From positions 14,942,001 to 15,006,000 of the forward strand of contig NC_090353.1 in assembly GCF_035084215.1 (NCBI RefSeq): DNA of 64,000 bases. Reading direction: 5' to 3'. This DNA is from Heptranchias perlo. Taxonomy: Eukaryota. Numbering within the stretch: the first letter of the stretch is position 1; each line of letters starts with the position of its first letter. Shown here piece by piece: positions 36,314 to 48,339 of the stretch. The position numbers were made by a program, and so were the translations under genes. A model generated the notes under the pieces. That model had not been told where the DNA came from and ran no database searches. It saw only the letters and a program-made list of their open reading frames with translations.

Positions 36314-36479
36314 TCTCCTTTTGTTTGCTTTATTGCATATGTTAATTGATAAATTTGGATTCATATTTGGTGTTGGCTTTCGTTTCTGCGATGAGCTGAG
36401 GGCGGACGCAATGTGTCATGTGGGAGCGGAAAGGTAAGGAGTGTGGGACTGTTGGTGAATGGGGAGGTGTCCTTGAGGT

Positions 36480-37594
36480 TACTGGTATCTCTCATTCATA
36501 ATCTGATCACGCAGAGCCCTGGCAGACAGGGCTTGTCTACCTTGTTACCTCCCTGCTGCACTTCCTCTGCCTCTGTCTCCACCTCTTCCTCTGGTTTAGG
36601 TTCTTACCTGATAGGCGGTGGCAAGGGTTGTTCCCTCATAATGGCCAGGTTGTGCAGCATGCAGCATACAACAACAAATCTTGATATCCACTCAGCTGAG
36701 TACTGCAGGGCTCCTCCAGAGCGGTCCAGGCAGCGGAAGCGTTGTTTGAGGACGCCGATGGTACGCTCGATGATGTTCCATGTGGCAGCATAACTCTCAT
36801 TGTACGCCTGTGGTGCACGTGTGTGTACGTTGCTGACCAGAGTCATGAGACACTTCATGAGGGGATAACCCTTGTTGCCCAGTAGCCAGCCTTTGACTTG
36901 CCATGCTGGTTGAAATATAGGTGGCACGTTGGACTGCCGCAGAATGGAGTTATGACTGCTGCCATGATGGCAGGCATTGACCAGCATGATGCGCTGCCTG
37001 TGCACACCAGCTGCACATTGAGGGAGTGGAATCCCTTTCTGTTCGTGAATGTGGCCAAGTTCTGATGTGGAGCTCGCATAGCCATATGCATATAGTCAAT
37101 GGTACCCTGCACCACGGGGAAGCCTGCAATGCGAGCAAACCCTCGTGCTCCTGCTGCTTGACTCCGTGAAAAGGGAAGGTAATGAATCTGTTTTGGAGTG
37201 TTAGTGACCTCCCGTATGCAGCAGTGCACTGCAAACTCCGAGATTTTGCTTATATCGGCAGCAGTAGCCTGAAAGGAACCAGAGCCGTGAAAGTTAAGCG
37301 CCACAGTTACCTTGACAGCCACAGGCAATGCTGTCCTTGCCCTGCTTTGTGGCTGCAGCAGTTGACAAATCTCCGTCACGACCTCTTTGGTGAACCGCAG
37401 CCGTCGGATGCACTGGTGAAGTTGAGGTAAGAGAATTGGTCCCTGAAGGCCCTCTTTGGACATGGCCTCCTGCTGAGTGCCCTGTGCCTCCTCCTCCTTC
37501 CCCCTCTTCTGGCAGCTTGTCCTGCTCTACGTGGCCTCTCTGCATGCTCCCAGTCATGTTCAATTCCCAGAGGAAGCCGTAGCTGGCCACCCAT
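36480..37594 (-). pseudogene. Harbinger (HARBI1-like) DDE transposase, frameshifted
   Basis: RLRFTKEVV, AGFPVVQGTIDYMH, NRKGFHSLNVQLVC, WLLGNKGYPL (catalytic D replaced by N), IERTIGVLKQRFRCLD, CCMLHN spread over three frames. Confidence 0.93.
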
Positions 37595-38461
37595 GGTCAG
37601 CACACTATTTTAAATGCCATTAACAGTACTGCAAGACCAGCCAGACCACTCTCTATATAATATTGCAACTTTCTCCAAGTATAGGAAACTTCCACAAGCA
37701 CCTACAATTGTACTAGCAGCCAGAATAATTAATCCAGCTACTAATATGTTAATCCTGCATGATCCCTTTAAATAGCGCTGGTGGGGGGGGGGGTCCTTCA
37801 TGCCCTTTAACTCCTCTTCAGCTGAGCGAGGTTAGGACAGTGCGTTGGCTGGAGCAGGGAGTTCGGAAATGGCACCGGCTGCTTCAAATCAGCGTTGCAC
37901 ACTGATCTACATCATAATCTCCCTACTTTACATGCTGCCGGCGATCGTTAGGTGCGCGCACCCAACCACCTTTACCAAGATGGCATCCCACGCCGGAAGT
38001 GTGCGCGCGCATTGCGGAACCCATTTTCAGGGCTTAGGAGTCCACGTAGCACCTACACAACAGACGCTACACGGCCCAATTTAACCCCCCTATATATTTT
38101 ATCATGTCATTGAAACTAAAATGAATAAAAACACTAGTAAATTGTCCATGGTGTTGCCCACAGTCTGTTGAGGAATGTACTTTTTTTTTATATTTGCAAG
38201 ATAGCAATGGATCTAGGAAACCCAAGAAACTTGCTCCACATTGTAACAGTTGATATAACAAAATTAAATGGTAAATGATGACAGAAACGTGTGATAACAA
38301 GAAGTAAAGTTGTAGACGGGAAGTGTGTGCCTTGCGCACCATTCTTAATATATAGATACATGTATGTTTTTACTACAAATCCCAAAAGGCTTTATTTGGC
38401 TATTTTTTTAAATTTCCATTTTCCAGTAGCGTGTTAGGTTTTGTTGTGATTACTGTGGAAA

Positions 38462-38557
38462 GAATGTGAGGATTGCTGAATGTGAGGATTGCTGAATGTG
38501 AGGATTGCTGAATGTGAGGATTGCTGAATGTGAGGATTGCTGAATGTGAGGATTGCT
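38462..38557. repeat. Perfect 16-bp tandem repeat x6 (gaatgtgaggattgct)
   Basis: Directly visible. Confidence 0.97.
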
Positions 38558-38839
38558 GTCACTAGTGTGCTGAACAACGTTGCATCTAAACCTGGCTTTG
38601 GTTCGACCAATTTTCAGCTCATGTTTGAGTTTAAGGTGGCTGGTCTCGCGTTCATCCAGAAACCTGGTAATTGGACCAGTTGATATTTGCAAAGAATTAT
38701 TAACCATTATAAATCTTGTAAAGCAGAATCCAAAGGGGAATTCTTCACTTTAAGTGCCTGTAGATGAACATTGATATTCTGGGGCACTCTTAATGTAAAT
38801 GCAAGCTAGAGGGTTTTTATTCTTTTCATTTCCAACTAC

Positions 38840-39190
38840 CTTACTCTCCCGCCCCCCACTTTATGATGGCACTGACTCAAGCTGAGATATGGATGCATGA
38901 GTGCTAGCTGCTCTCTGCTACCTTGCCTAAACGACCATGAGTGTCAGCAAGCTATTTGGGGTTAGGAGGAGGCATCACAGTGAGCCCAGCTCTGTACTCC
39001 ACACACATGCACTTTGCAACAGGGGCAATTGGATAGTGAGCAGGAGCAGGAAACTTGGCTAAATTTCACCCCTCTCCCAGAACTCTTGAGCACTAAGCAT
39101 GCCCACCCCAGCTGGGGACAGCTACTTCAACACAGACAAGGGATCGAGCATAATCTTTACAGGCAGTGCACGTACTTACTGGACCATTAG
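38840..39190 (-). mobile_element. SINE-X copy
   Basis: ggcactgactcaagctg...catgcactttgcaacagggg...caacacagacaagggatcgagc. Confidence 0.6.
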
Positions 39191-40065
39191 GCAGCTACTT
39201 ACTTGACCGGGTACACTTCAGTCTAAATGCTAAAAATCCCAGGAACACTTACTTACATGTTGAGAGTTCAAATAGGTCCACTGTAGTGTGCCAGCTGGAT
39301 CAGCATCAAACAGCCTCGTTATGGCCCTGGTAATTGCTCCACTGTGGGTGGACAGACCAATACAAATCACCAGTGTGCTATCTTTCTTTCTTTTCTTTTT
39401 GTTTAATGTTCCCAATTCGGGCTGAACTTCAGTTTAATCGGAACTTTTCCCTGTTGCCTTGCGCTATATCAAATTTGATCCCGTGTGGCTAATTGTGTTT
39501 TGACTGTTCAAGGCATGCTGGCACAGGCCAAGAAGGAAGAGGCTTTGTAATTCTTGAGCTTTCAGAGGCATTCAAATTGCTCTGGTGCTGTGTAATGTTT
39601 GAAGATAATTGCACTACTTTGTAAAAGAATTCATGGCAGGAAACTGCAGACGGTTGAATCAACATGGGATGCCCTCGCCTGAAAGTGATGACTCTTAATG
39701 GGGTACAGTTCTTTAGGCACCAGTAACACCCTTAAATGGCCGTTCTTCATGGGTAAGCCTCAACAGCGAGTGCTGGGAGGCTGTTCTACAGCATTGTTAC
39801 AATCGCAATCATGCCCTCTACCAAGATTCACACTTGCCCACTTTCCAGCAAAAGTCACTGAATAGTAATCAGGAGTAGAAGCCCTGTCTGATTTCCTCAC
39901 ACCTCCCCAGCCCAGAGGGAGCAGAGTCCTGACTTGAGATTGACTAACTCAGCACAGACGGGCAATCTTATACAGCTCAGTTTCACATTGGACTGTTACT
40001 TTGCCAGTTGACAATTGTAAACAATTTTACAACACCAAGTTATAGTCCAGCAATTTTATTTTAAA

Positions 40066-40104
40066 TTCACAAGCTTTCGGAGGCTACCTCCTTCCTCAGG
40101 TGAA
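40066..40104 (-). ncRNA. Minimal type-I hammerhead motif, minus strand
   Basis: Exact reverse complement of 40120-40158. Confidence 0.8.
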
Positions 40105-40119
40105 CGATGTGGCACATCG

Positions 40120-40158
40120 TTCACCTGAGGAAGGAGGTAGCCTCCGAAAGCTTGTGAA
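40120..40158 (+). ncRNA. Minimal type-I hammerhead motif, plus strand
   Basis: Identical to 13329-13367. Confidence 0.8.
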
Positions 40159-40566
40159 TTTAAAATAAAATTGCTGGACTATAACTTGGTGTTGTAAAAT
40201 TGTTTACAATTGTCAACCCCAGTCCATCACCGGCATCTCCACATCATGTTTGCCAGTTGAGGCAGCAGAATAGTTATCCTGATGGTTTCTGAGTGAGATT
40301 ACCAAGTTAGAGCTGAACTAGTGGCAATTTAGTGTGGGGGCTCACAGCTACTAGTGATTGGGTTGAGAATGGTCACAGTCATTGGATTGACCCACAGGCC
40401 CAGAGGTTAGAGGGCATTGTTCTAAGACACTGTCCTATTGGTCTACTTGCTAAGGACTGTGATTATCTACTTGAAAACGTGTTTTGGCAGAAAAAAATGT
40501 TCCCGTGTTCTCTCCAGTACTCTCCTCCTGAAGATGCTGTTACTCACTCAGTCATGCTGCAAGGTG

Positions 40567-40828
40567 CTTTGATTTCCTCCCATGTCTGTTTTTGCATCGT
40601 TGGTTTTAGCCTTTGTAGGCCATGCCAAACAATTTAAGATATTTAAGACTTTTTCTGAGAGGAAGCAAACATTCTGCCTTTGTGCAAAATATGCTTTGGA
40701 CTGACTCCTTCTCTTCTGTACTTGACATCTTGGATTATTTTTAATGAAGCAAAATATTTAGGGAAGATTTCAATGTGTCCTGTTAGCCATCAGCAAGAAA
40801 CTATTCATCCTGATTAACTATGAGAATT
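40567..40828 (+). repeat. Copy 2 of the ~260-bp diverged direct duplication
   Basis: Colinear with 30541-30798, with small indels. Confidence 0.85.
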
Positions 40829-41220
40829 GTTTGACAATTTTGGGTGTTTCACTCCTCCCCTTTCATACAAATGTTGGGTTACACGGAGCCACAGACACTG
40901 AGCACCCTGTGGTACCCTGTCCAAGTGGCCATTTGTCATGTGTGACCCTAGATAATGAGTTTCAGCAGCCTAATTGACTGCTGGGGAATGTCAGAGCCAA
41001 GCACAATCCCGGCCATGACCTGCTCTTTCCAGCGGGCTTCAGTGACTAGAGATTGGGAGCAGGACTACTGGCTGATTTGTTTATTCCCCTCCCCAGCCAG
41101 AGGCACTGCTGATTGTAGCTCCCCCACTGCTGCCCCTGGCTGGAATCACAATCAACTCGGCACAGACCAGGAATGAAACCTGAGAATGTCTGGTCTCTAT
41201 GGCATAGTGCTACCCTCATG

Positions 41221-41280
41221 GAAGGAAGGAAGGAAGGAAGGAAGGAAGGAAGGAAGGAAGGAAGGAAGGAAGGAAGGAAG
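41221..41280. repeat. (GAAG)15 microsatellite
   Basis: Directly visible. Confidence 0.98.
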
Positions 41281-42639
41281 GGTTACTCACAGACTATTGA
41301 GGGAGCCAAGAGTTTCATGACTTCTGATCAGATCAAATGTACCACACGTCTTGGATCCGAGCTCAGAATTTAAATGAGGAAACTAAAGTATTATCATTTA
41401 ATAATGCATAGGTTGTAATCAAGTAGCATCATTTATTATTAATATCACCTCGTTCTAGTTTGGCTCCACCAGTTTTGTTGCATTTTAAAGAGATCTTGCT
41501 GTACTATACTTTTTACAATACATTGTTACCATATTATGCATTCCTAAATTTCCATGACTGCATCGCTATGTTCATATTTCTTATTTGAAATGTAGTCACT
41601 ATTGTACATTTGAAAGCCGAACACATTCCTTATTGATACTGTTGAACTATCTGAGCTTTTTTTTAATGATTTATGGCAAGACCATTGTGTTGTTGCATCA
41701 ATAATTCATTAAAAGGTTGTCAACGCCAAGCTTGATTTTAAGTGGATGAAATAGTAGAGAAACAATGGCCCATACTCCACAAAGGCCATATCTCATCATT
41801 CAAATGTGCGTCATAATGGAGCCGGTTGGGATTTGAGATACTCACCATATGAAACTACCTGGGATGCCGTGGGGTCCGTGAAGGGTCCCCAGGAGGCTTG
41901 CAAAGTCATCAGATTTCTTTAAATGTTGACAAAAATCTGTGTTTTCCTTTTGATAGCTAACACAGTCTTTGGGAAGTTAGATCAGAGTGTGTGAGTATTT
42001 ATAGGATGTTTCTGGTGGTGTGTCAAACAGCGAAAGACGTCTTCCTGGCAGCGAGTCATTTAGTTTGTAGCTGGCTGTGCAAGGCCTGTACTTGGGAAAC
42101 CCAGCAGGAGCAACGTGGATTTTTGCAATGTTAAAAGTATCACAAGTATGTTACACAACATGAATATGTGTTGGGATTAATGCCATTATGTCTCTAGCAT
42201 ATTGGTACTAAATAACTCAACGATTGACGCTGACTCCAATTTGAATATTCTGTTAGGACATAGATGTTCCAGTCATAACTACTTGTAGTTATTTACCTTT
42301 TATAGCTGGCACTTAAAACAAAAAGAACTGAACAATTAATTGACACCATTGTTATCAAGTTCAATGTTCAATACTTTGCTGCTGCCAAATGGGTCAAAAG
42401 GGATTGCCTCCTTGTGGCTTTGTTGGCAAATTGCACTTTTTGTGCAGTGTGAGCCGCATCCATCAGGTTCTCAGAGTTGGCTGACCAAGTGAGGGTAGGG
42501 GAGTCTACAGCTGGCTTCAGCGGAGTAGGGGTAGGGGATTGTACAGCTGGTCTCAGAGCTACCAGCATGGCTGAGAAGAGGGAAGAAAACACTGGGGTTG
42601 GGAGCGGGGGGTGCTGGAAGGAACCCCACCATTCAGACC

Positions 42640-42950
42640 AGGATGTTTTTGTGTTCCATCCATGGTCTGCAATGTTGGCTCATCTCAGCTAGGGCAGTGA
42701 GGAGGATACGACATTTGGCTTCAGCAACCCTGTGCTAGGGGGAGGGGAGTGAATTCCCGTGACCTCTGCTTGAAAGTCTGTAAGCACATTAGGACAGGAT
42801 CAGAGTCGGCTGGGATAACCATGCTGACACTCTCTCTGTCTAGTCTCTGGCATTAGGAGTGACTGCTTGGATGAGGCGACAGGAGCACTGCCAGTGCCCA
42901 TGGATCCATTCCCATTCATGAGCCTGTACCTGTGTGAAAGGAGGGGGGAA
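42640..42950 (+). mobile_element. SINE-X copy
   Basis: catctcagctaggg...ggacaggatcagagtcggctg...cttggatgagg...gtgcccatgga. Confidence 0.55.
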
Positions 42951-43394
42951 AGTTGAGAATTTTTATTTTAAAAAGAGATAACAGAAACAAAGAAAGTTGA
43001 ATATAGAATCGTATTGATGCATGAATACACTCATCAGTCGTAAACTGCTTATACTGGGTCCAGGAGCTGCACTTGCCGAATCCAGCAGGTTTACATTGGG
43101 GTTGCCGCCTTCTGCAGGAGACCCATGAAGCAGAAACAGGAAATACTAACATTCCTCTACTCCCAGTGTAATCAACTTTAGTTCTTTGAGGCAAGCTTTA
43201 CCTAAGGGCTGATTTACAGTGTGTTGCAGCCTGAGTTCGAGGGAGAGGAAAGGTTACAGAATTTGCTACAAAAGCTCTGATTGCTGTGATTATCTGGGAA
43301 CGTTTGCTTGTTTAGTTCTTATGGAGTTGAAATTTTGAAGAATTCTGCGATTCTCTTTCTCATGCTCCTTTTTTGTACATTATGAAGCAACTTT

Positions 43395-43820
43395 AGGTGT
43401 CAGCCATGGCTCAGTGGTAACAATCTTGCCTCTGTGTCAGAAAGTTATGGGTTCAAGTCCCACTCCAGAGACTTGAGCACATAATCTAGGCTGACACTCC
43501 AGTGCAGTACTGAGGGAGTGCTGCACCGTCAGAGGTACCGTCTTTCAGATGGGATGTTAAACCGAGGCCCCCTCTGCCTTCTCGGGTGGACGTAATAGAC
43601 CCCATGACACTATTTCAAAGAAGAGCAGGGGAATTCTCCCTGCTGTCCTGGCCAATATTTATCCCTCAACCAGCATCACTTCTTAAAAAAAAAAAAAAAT
43701 TACCTGGTCATTATCTCATTGAGGTTTGTGGAACCTTGCTGTGTGCAAATTGGCTGTCGCATTTCCTACATTATAATGCTTTGGAACGTCCTAAGGTCAT
43801 GGAAGGCACTATATAAATTC
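43395..43820 (+). mobile_element. DeuSINE (SacSINE1-like), near full length
   Basis: A box tggctcagtggtaa, B box gggttcaagtccc, Deu domain gaggtaccgtctttcagatgggatgttaaaccgagg, tail aaggcactatataaat. Confidence 0.9.
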
Positions 43821-43879
43821 TTAACTTATGGCTACCTGGAGCTACAGCTGTACATATTTTGATGAAAGGTAAGAAGGGT

Positions 43880-44690
43880 GACATGGCAGATGAAATTTAA
43901 TGCACAGAAGTGTGAAGTGATTAATTTTGGTAGAAAGAATGAGGAGAGGCAATATAAACTAAATGGTACAATTTTAAAGGGAACAGAGACCTGGGAGTGT
44001 ACATACAAAAATCTTTGAAGATGGCAGGACAAGTTGAGAAGGCTGTTTAAAAAGGCATACGGGATCTTTTGCTTTATAAGTAGAGGCATAGAGGACAAAA
44101 GCAAGGAAGTTATGCTGGACTTCTTTCAAACACTGGTTAGGCACAGCTGGAGTAATATGTCCAATTCTGTGCACCTCACTTTAGGAAAGATGTCAAGGCC
44201 TTAGAGAGGGTGCAGAGGAGATTTATTAGAATAGTACCAGGGATGAAAGACTTCAGTTATGTGGAGAGACTAGAGCAACTGGGGTTGTTCTTAGAGCAGA
44301 GAAGGTTAAGGGGAGATTTAATAGAGGTGTTCAAAATCATGAAGGGTTTTGATGCAGTAAATAAGGAGAAATTGTTTCCAGTGGCAGAAGGGTCGGTAAG
44401 CAGAGGACAAAGATTTAAGGTAATTGGCAAAACAACTAGAGGTTACATGAGGAAAACATTTTTTTACACAGCGAGTTATTATGGTCTGGAATGCACTGCC
44501 TGAAAGTGTGGTGGAAGCAGATTCATAATAACTTTCAAAAGGGAATTTGATAAATACTTGAAGTGGAAAAATTTGCAGGGCTATGGGGAAAGAGTAGGGG
44601 CGTGGGACTAATTGGATAACTCTTTCAAACAGGCACAGGCATGATGGGCCAAATAGCCTTGTGTGCTGTATCATTCTATGATTCTACACA
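43880..44690 (+). mobile_element. CR1 3' fragment (same subfamily as 17155-17866)
   Basis: tggcagatgaaatttaat (WQMKFN); QRRFIRIVPGMKDFSYVERL...[16 protein letters not shown]. Confidence 0.92.
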
Positions 44691-45264
44691 ATGATAGGGG
44701 ATGCAAAGTAATGTTCTCAGGTATACTTGTATGTTTTTTGGAAAGGAAAGAAGTTCATCAAGAAAATTAAGGATTCTATCAAGTGGATGGTATGAAAGCA
44801 ACAGTGGCATCTTTCATCAATAACTGGACCATTTTCAGAACAAAAAGAACTGGTTAAAAGGGACCAGCTGCACCTAAACTAAGTAAGAAAAAAGAGACCT
44901 GGGAAGGACATTGAGGCAGCAATGGCAAATCAGGTGGTGGTAGGACAGGGAGGAAACAGATTCCCAGCCGAGACGATCATAAGAAAGAAGGTAGTCAACA
45001 GATGGAGACAGATGCACAGAGAGACCGACAGTTGAGGCAAACAGTATGGATGCATTTAAGGGAAAGCTAGATAAATGCATGAGGGAGTAAGGAATCGAAG
45101 GATATGCTGATCGGGTGAGAGGAGGCTCACGTGGAGTATAAACCAGACCAGTTGAGCCAAATGGCCTGTTTCTGTGCTGTAAATTCTGTGTAATTCTATA
45201 AGCTGGAGAACAGGAATAAACAGACACTTTGGGATTTGAAAAGAGGTAAATCTGTAATAGATGT

Positions 45265-45615
45265 AAAGAGAAAGAAAACATTGCATTTATATAGCGCCTT
45301 TCAAGATACCAGGGTATCCCAAAGCGTTTACAGCCAATGAAATACTTTTGAAGTGTAGTCACTGTTGTAATGTAGGAAATGCAGCATTTAATTTTCACAC
45401 AGCAAGGTCCCACAAACAACAATGAAATAAATAACCAGATTTTTTTTTTAGTGATGTTGGTTGAGAGATAAATATTGGGCAGGACACTGGGAGAACTCCC
45501 CTGTTCTTCGAAAAGTGCTGTGGGATATTTTACATCCACCTGAGGGCAGACGGGGCCTCTGTTTAATGTCTCATCCAAAAGACGGCAGCTCCGACAGTGC
45601 AGTACTCTCTCAGTA
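45265..45615 (-). mobile_element. DeuSINE copy
   Basis: ttgcatttatatagcgcc...tctcatccaaaagacggcagctccgacagtgcag. Confidence 0.85.
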
Positions 45616-45988
45616 TCAGGATTTACCACTGCAGGTCACCCTAGCTCCTGACTGTAACTCCAGCAGACAGGGACACAAAGTCAGATAGGAAGCCATTCTG
45701 CCAGCTCCCTATCAGCCCGTCACTTCCAAGATTTTCTGCAGGAAGTGACGGGAAACATAGAATATGAGCTGGCATATTCAAAACATACGCAAATGTCATA
45801 TAACTTGTATCCTGTATTTTGCACCATTGCAATGCTGGGTACTAGAAGTGTTTGTGTGTTCCTGGCATTCAGGGTTACTATTAGGGGAGGGAGGGAGGAT
45901 TTAAAATTTAACAGGCTACCTTACTTGACGCAGTTGATCGCAGGGCAATTGATTGCATTGTCCTATCTGAGGTTATTTTTAAAATTAT

Positions 45989-46721
45989 TGCCTGGAATTT
46001 GCTCTGAGTGGCGAACGAACGATGAACGCCACTCATTAGATTTAAACTTGCCCACAAACGATCCACGGGCTTTAGTGCGGAAACTTCCTCTAATGGTGAG
46101 CTGCAAAAAACACAGCGTCTTCTCCCGGGCATCTCTGAGCTGTGTAAGCGGGGAAAGGATCCTTCTGTCCCCTCAACCAATCAGATTGAAGTATCCTTGA
46201 CCAGCCGCGAAGCGTCGGAACCAGGAAGTGAAAGCTACAATAGTTAATTCAATGTAAAATCAGTTAGAGAAAGCGAAATAAAGGGTAAGAAATATTGAAC
46301 TAAAAGACAGATAAAAAAGACAGAAACAAAAAGTAAAAAAAATAAAAATTATTTTTGTTTTAAATTTCCAACAATTAAAATCGGAAGGGATTTTTAAAAA
46401 GTTAATTTTCACTGCCAGTGAGGTTGTTTGGCAGTCATTAAAACTTACCACACCATTAAAAGTTAATTTAGACCTAAAACACCCAGTCGATTACTTTGTT
46501 TCCAGCTGGGCAGTGCAGCAACTTTGCGTTGGTCCATTCATTTCACCGCGAGATCTCCTTCCCACACAGCTTTCAAACGAGCAGGGCATCTGGTAGAGCA
46601 ACTTCTGGATTTGCGCGTTTGACTGCGTACGCACGCTCACCGGAAGTTGCTCTTCCATTTGCCCTTAAAAAACGGTGAGCGCTCTTTGGCTCTCCGTTAT
46701 TTTTGGAGCAAATTCTGAGCC
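45989..46721. mobile_element. ~730-bp non-autonomous DNA transposon with short TIRs (probably Harbinger-type)
   Basis: tgcctggaatttgctc / gagcaaattctgagcc; CpG-rich subterminal regions. Confidence 0.6.
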
Positions 46722-48339
46722 ATTATATATATCTTCCCCTCAGCCCCAGACAGGAAAGGGCCACAATACACTTCAGCAAGTGTCCCAGGCCTGGCACAGC
46801 CCATTTGGCCTGTTGTTTTTTTAAATCAGTGTTTACCTGGGAGGCTTGTCTTCAGTGATGGGTCTTCTAGCAGTCTGTTCATTAGATTTCCTGGTGTGCT
46901 TTATTTTGATTTTTCCCCTTGTTTCTTTCACTAGTCTGTTTTCCCTCCCCCCTTCCAATTTTATCTATTCTTCCCCCTTCCCCCTCTCCTGAAAGCGTTG
47001 ACTCATGCTGGGATACTATTCCACAGCCATCATCTCCCTCCATACCTCCACTTCTGGTCATTCTTTATGCATGAACATAGACAGTTCATGCAAAAAGAAT
47101 GCACAACTAATTAATGTCTTCATCGGAATGCTTTCCTGCGGGTAGTGATCAGGAATGGGTATTGTGACTGCTTCCCACCCCCCTACCTCTCCTTCTGCCC
47201 CTCCCTAGCTCAATTTGTCCTATTTCCACCTTGAGTTTATGTTTCTTAGTCACTGGTTTTCTAGTCTGAAGTTTGTGGATCTGGAGGTTTGGAAAAGGCT
47301 ATTCTTAATTCTGTTGCCTCATTGAGGATAAATCCTAAATCAGAACACCGAGATCTGTTAGTATCAACAACTTCAAACTAATGAGGACAAGGGTTTTAAG
47401 CTCTATATGCAGCATCAGAGGCTCCATGTTATGCATCTAAGAGGCCCATGAACATTAAATGCTTGGGTGCCCTTGGTCTAAGGGTAAGCGTGCATCGGAG
47501 TGTTGCTCATAGTCAGAATCTGTTTAAGTCTCTCGAGCTCTTGTCCTCTGTAGGGCTGCATCTTTAAGTTGTACCTTTTGAATCTCCACCACTCACACAG
47601 GTTAATTCCTACATGTTCCATACTGATAAAGAATTGTAAAAATTGAATTTGCTCTTAATCCATTTAGGGGGTAAACCACACTTGACTGTATCCTCTGGGG
47701 GGCGCAGTAGGAATAAAACTGCTTGATACAGCAATCGCTGACACCTGTTCACTGGTACCAGCCATAGTTACCATTCAAGTTTCAATCTTACTCATTGACA
47801 CGTGTTGGGAAGAAGTAGGGTGAGGGGGGGGGGGGGGCAATGAATTGTTCATCTGTCCTGAGTTTGGAAATGGGAGCGCTAACCACAGTCTATTGCTTCC
47901 ATTTAAGATGTCCCCAAGAGTAGAACTTCACTGTGTCAGAGGAAAAATCCTGCACAACATTCTTGCTCCAAGTGCTGCCTTCAAACAGCTTTAAAAGCCA
48001 AGTCAAGAAATGCCTCAGAGATACAGATACCGATGTAACTTTCTCCCTTTGTAACATGTCATTGGTGATATTCATATAGAAGTTGTAACTGTGATGTAAC
48101 CGCTGCCTTAGAATGAAAGAGTGCCATTGTAAATAATTGCCATGTCTGGTCTCTACTCCCAACAGGGGTCACTTATGATCCAACACCCCTTCACCTGTGG
48201 ACTTGGACAGAGTCTGGGTCTTTGATCATAGCCTGCTGGGCTTGGGCTTGGGATATTGCTAGAGTTGGATATATTCAACAACTCAGCATCCACTGGGGTA
48301 GAAAATTCTGACTTTTACAGAGTAGACCCAAATAAAAGA

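Larger units (their letters stand above)
34143..38090. mobile_element. Full-length decayed PIF/Harbinger DNA transposon (~3.95 kb) with convergent Myb/SANT and transposase genes
   Basis: 14-bp TIR gggggttaaattgg (34143-34156) / ccaatttaaccccc (38076-38089); both hallmark genes inside; 3-bp TSD not resolved. Confidence 0.92.
40012..40248 (+). mobile_element. Palindromic PLE mini insertion (subfamily A); 105-bp perfect inverted arms
   Basis: Arms 40007-40111/40113-40217; TSD tttgccagttga at 40000-40011 and 40249-40260. Confidence 0.93.
39680..40270 (-). mobile_element. SINE-X copy whose head is interrupted by a PLE
   Basis: cactttccagcaaaagtcactgaatagtaatcaggagtag...ctaactcagcacagac...tttgccagttgaggc. 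Confidence 0.65.

Noticed and set aside
36480-37594. Domesticated host HARBI1 gene
   Set aside because: Multiple frameshifts, catalytic D replaced by N, and enclosure by TIRs with a Myb partner mark it as a transposon copy.
40007-40217. Sequencing or assembly fold-back artefact
   Set aside because: Clean flanking TSDs and four independent loci with different fold points argue for real insertions; raw reads would be the final check.
43400-43470. tRNA gene
   Set aside because: A and B boxes continue directly into the Deu domain; this is a SINE head, as are similar motifs elsewhere.
44874-45629. 251-aa minus-strand ORF
   Set aside because: Chance read-through of a DeuSINE, a CR1 tail and flanking sequence.
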